From assembly GCF_003918875.1 (NCBI RefSeq), contig NW_025765115.1, forward strand, positions 434,001-498,000: a stretch of 64,000 nucleotides of DNA, given 5' to 3'. This document shows, in pieces, positions 61,465 to 64,000 of the stretch (position 1 is its first letter; the number at the start of each line of letters is the position of its first letter). This DNA comes from Haliotis rubra. Its lineage: Eukaryota. The notes below the pieces were generated by a model. The model had not been told where the DNA came from and did no database searches. It saw only the letters and a list, made by a program, of their open reading frames with translations. The translations under genes were made by a program, and so were the position numbers.

Positions 61465-62897
61465 TGGCATGTGACATAAACATGCCGGATGTACAGTTAT
61501 GTAAGACTGTAATGTCTGTATGCACATAGGTTATGGAGAAGAGAAGCGTTGACGGTGGAACATACGTTCAGATGTACAGTCATCTTCACGAAGCAAGAAT
61601 GTATATAGACACTTCTATAGACATTCAACCTTGCCATGTTAAGTCTACATTTCGTGCTAAAACAAAGACGCTCTGTACGGATTATCCAACATGCATCAGG
61701 TGATAGCGCTAAAATGTGTCCATCAGTTAAGTGAAGATAAATATTTTGGAAGCATTAAATAGTTTTCAATCAATGTGCCAAAGTACTGAATGTCTTTTAA
61801 ATATTTCTGCGCAAACTTCATTGATTTATATTTTGAACGGGTGAACATTTTGTGGCAGCCGTTGAGATGCAACACTAGTTTTAACCTATACTGAGGGTTT
61901 CAAGTCAACGAGGTGGTGAGTTTATATTGAAACTGCGAAATAAACACCATCAGTGCCAATGATGGTCTCTCATTGTGTTTGTATGTCATACATTGTGTTT
62001 GTATGTCTTATTGTGTTTGTATGGAATCTTTAAGTCACCTGATCGACCAAGTCGTCTTTTATAATATACGTCAGTGAATCCCTTAAAATAAACACATCGA
62101 TCTAATTGGATACATTACAAGGGATCCCTATTTGATCTGAGAGGAGTATAACCCGTTGTCTTACAAAGACAACTATTTATCTAAGGAAAAAAACGCAAGT
62201 GTGCTAATATCTTTGAATGAAAACAAGAAATACAACTTACAGTTATTACAAAATGTCATAGTGCGCTTGTCTAGACATATCCATAATGTTTGCTGTTCAC
62301 CTCATCATAGATTTTGTATCATATGATGACAATCCGGGTAAAAGCGGTTATACTAATCAGTGCGTCTTGAAGTCGGCAAATAAAGCTAGTATATTACCAG
62401 CACATGCCGAAAAATAAACCACAGGAATAAACTTGCACATGTAGTACTAGAGTTTAAAATTCGAGGTGCTGAAAGCTCGACTTTGAGAATGTTCGACTGA
62501 CTGACTGACGGAGTATGGTTTTACGCTGTTTTTAGCAATATTCCAGCAATATCACGGCGGGGGACACCAGAAATGGGCTTCACAAATTAAGAATGTTCGA
62601 GTCCCTACATGGTACAATGAGTGACGTTTTAATTTTGTTCCTTAAAGTGGCGTGAAACCGATCTCTAACTCTTAACGATTGTCTATTTCTTGGTGAAAAC
62701 ATAGTCATACCCTATATACATTGACGTACGTTGTTCCAGATATGAACGTTTCACTGGTTATTCCATGGTGTCTGATCTGAAACCTTGTTACCTTTTTTTA
62801 CCATCCATAGGGTCAATATGAATGCTAGGGTTACATAAATGATATCAATTCATGGTTGTGTTTAAGGGATGGCACAGTAAACAGCTGGCACAGAAAA

Positions 62898-63090
62898 NNN
62901 NNNNNNNNNNNNNNNNNNNNNNNNNNNNNNNNNNNNNNNNNNNNNNNNNNNNNNNNNNNNNNNNNNNNNNNNNNNNNNNNNNNNNNNNNNNNNNNNNNNN
63001 NNNNNNNNNNNNNNNNNNNNNNNNNNNNNNNNNNNNNNNNNNNNNNNNNNNNNNNNNNNNNNNNNNNNNNNNNNNNNNNNNNNNNNNNNN
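62898..63090. other. Assembly gap (N run)
   Basis: Run of n. Confidence 1.
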
Positions 63091-63397
63091 NAAAGAGTGA
63101 TTCATCACTTCAGAATTTAACCTACATTTTGCAGTGGTAATGTTGTATTATAGATACATCTGAAGAGTTATCTCTGTCTATTTGGTCAGATTCCAAAAGA
63201 TTCGACATTTTTCTCACGAGTATACAGCTTCACCTGTAAATAATTACTACATTTATATGGAGCAGTATTTCACACAGACTACGATTATAACTTCAATAAT
63301 GCGATAATTCAACGATACAAATGATTGCAATCTCTAAATGTGACATGATTATACTTACATATTTATTGCTCAAAAACATGACAACTTTTTTCTATGA

Positions 63398-63997
63398 TAT
63401 ATGATAAACTATTTTGAGTTCAGTTGGTATACATCCTATGTTTGATTGTCATTCCAGATGTATATGATAAACTATTTTGAATTTTAGTTGGTATACATCC
63501 TATGTTTGATTGTCATTCCAGATGTATATGATAAACTATTTTGAGTTCAGTTGGTATACATCCTATGTTTGATTGTCATTCCAGATGTTTATGATAAACT
63601 ATTTTGAGTTCAGTTGGTATACATCCTATGTTTGATTGTCATTCCAGATGTATATGATAAACTATTTTGAGTTCAGTTGGTATACATCCTATGTATGATT
63701 GTCATTCCAGATGTTTATGATAAACTATTTTGAGTTCAGTCCAGATGTATATATGATAAACTAATTGAGTTCAGTTGGGTATACATCCTATGTTTGATTG
63801 TCATTCCAGATGTATATGATAAACTAATTGAGTTCAGTTGGTATACATCCTATGTTTGATTGTCATTCCAGATGTTTATGATAAACTATTTTTGGTTCAG
63901 CCGGTGTATATACTATGTTTGATTGTCATTCCAGATGTATATGATAAACTATTTTGACTTCAGCTGGTATACATCCTATGTTTGATTGTTATTCCAG
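63398..63997. repeat. 63-bp minisatellite, about 9-10 copies
   Basis: atgataaactattttgagttcagttggtatacatcctatgtttgattgtcattccagatgtat. Confidence 0.95.
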
Positions 63998-64000
63998 GTG

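Overview
Eukaryotic, intron-rich, repeat-dense animal genomic DNA. The SINE families suggest a mollusc, probably a gastropod such as abalone (inference). The backbone is a cluster of three ammonium transporter (Amt/Mep family, amt-3-like) paralogues. Gene A: only its first coding exon is in the window (750-927, minus). Gene B: complete 9-exon CDS (32269 to 10763, minus; 1716 nt, 571 aa; all junctions GT-AG and in phase; pore residues intact). Gene C: divergent, plus strand, with TWO tandem candidate first coding exons (39820-39961 and 41146-41269, both absent from the ORF track), a second exon at 60971-61236 carrying a 1-nt frameshift, and probably a further exon starting at 63998. Introns hold a DIRS1-type tyrosine-recombinase retrotransposon with ITRs and ICR (with a LINE fragment nested inside), a Mutator/MULE transposon with TIRs and TSD, a near full-length ORF1+EN/RT LINE flanked by an unusual 204-bp direct duplication, other LINE 3' fragments, a Tc1-like fossil, three SINE families and several minisatellites. 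There are two assembly gaps. No prokaryotic-type systems are present, and most short ORFs in the track are spurious.
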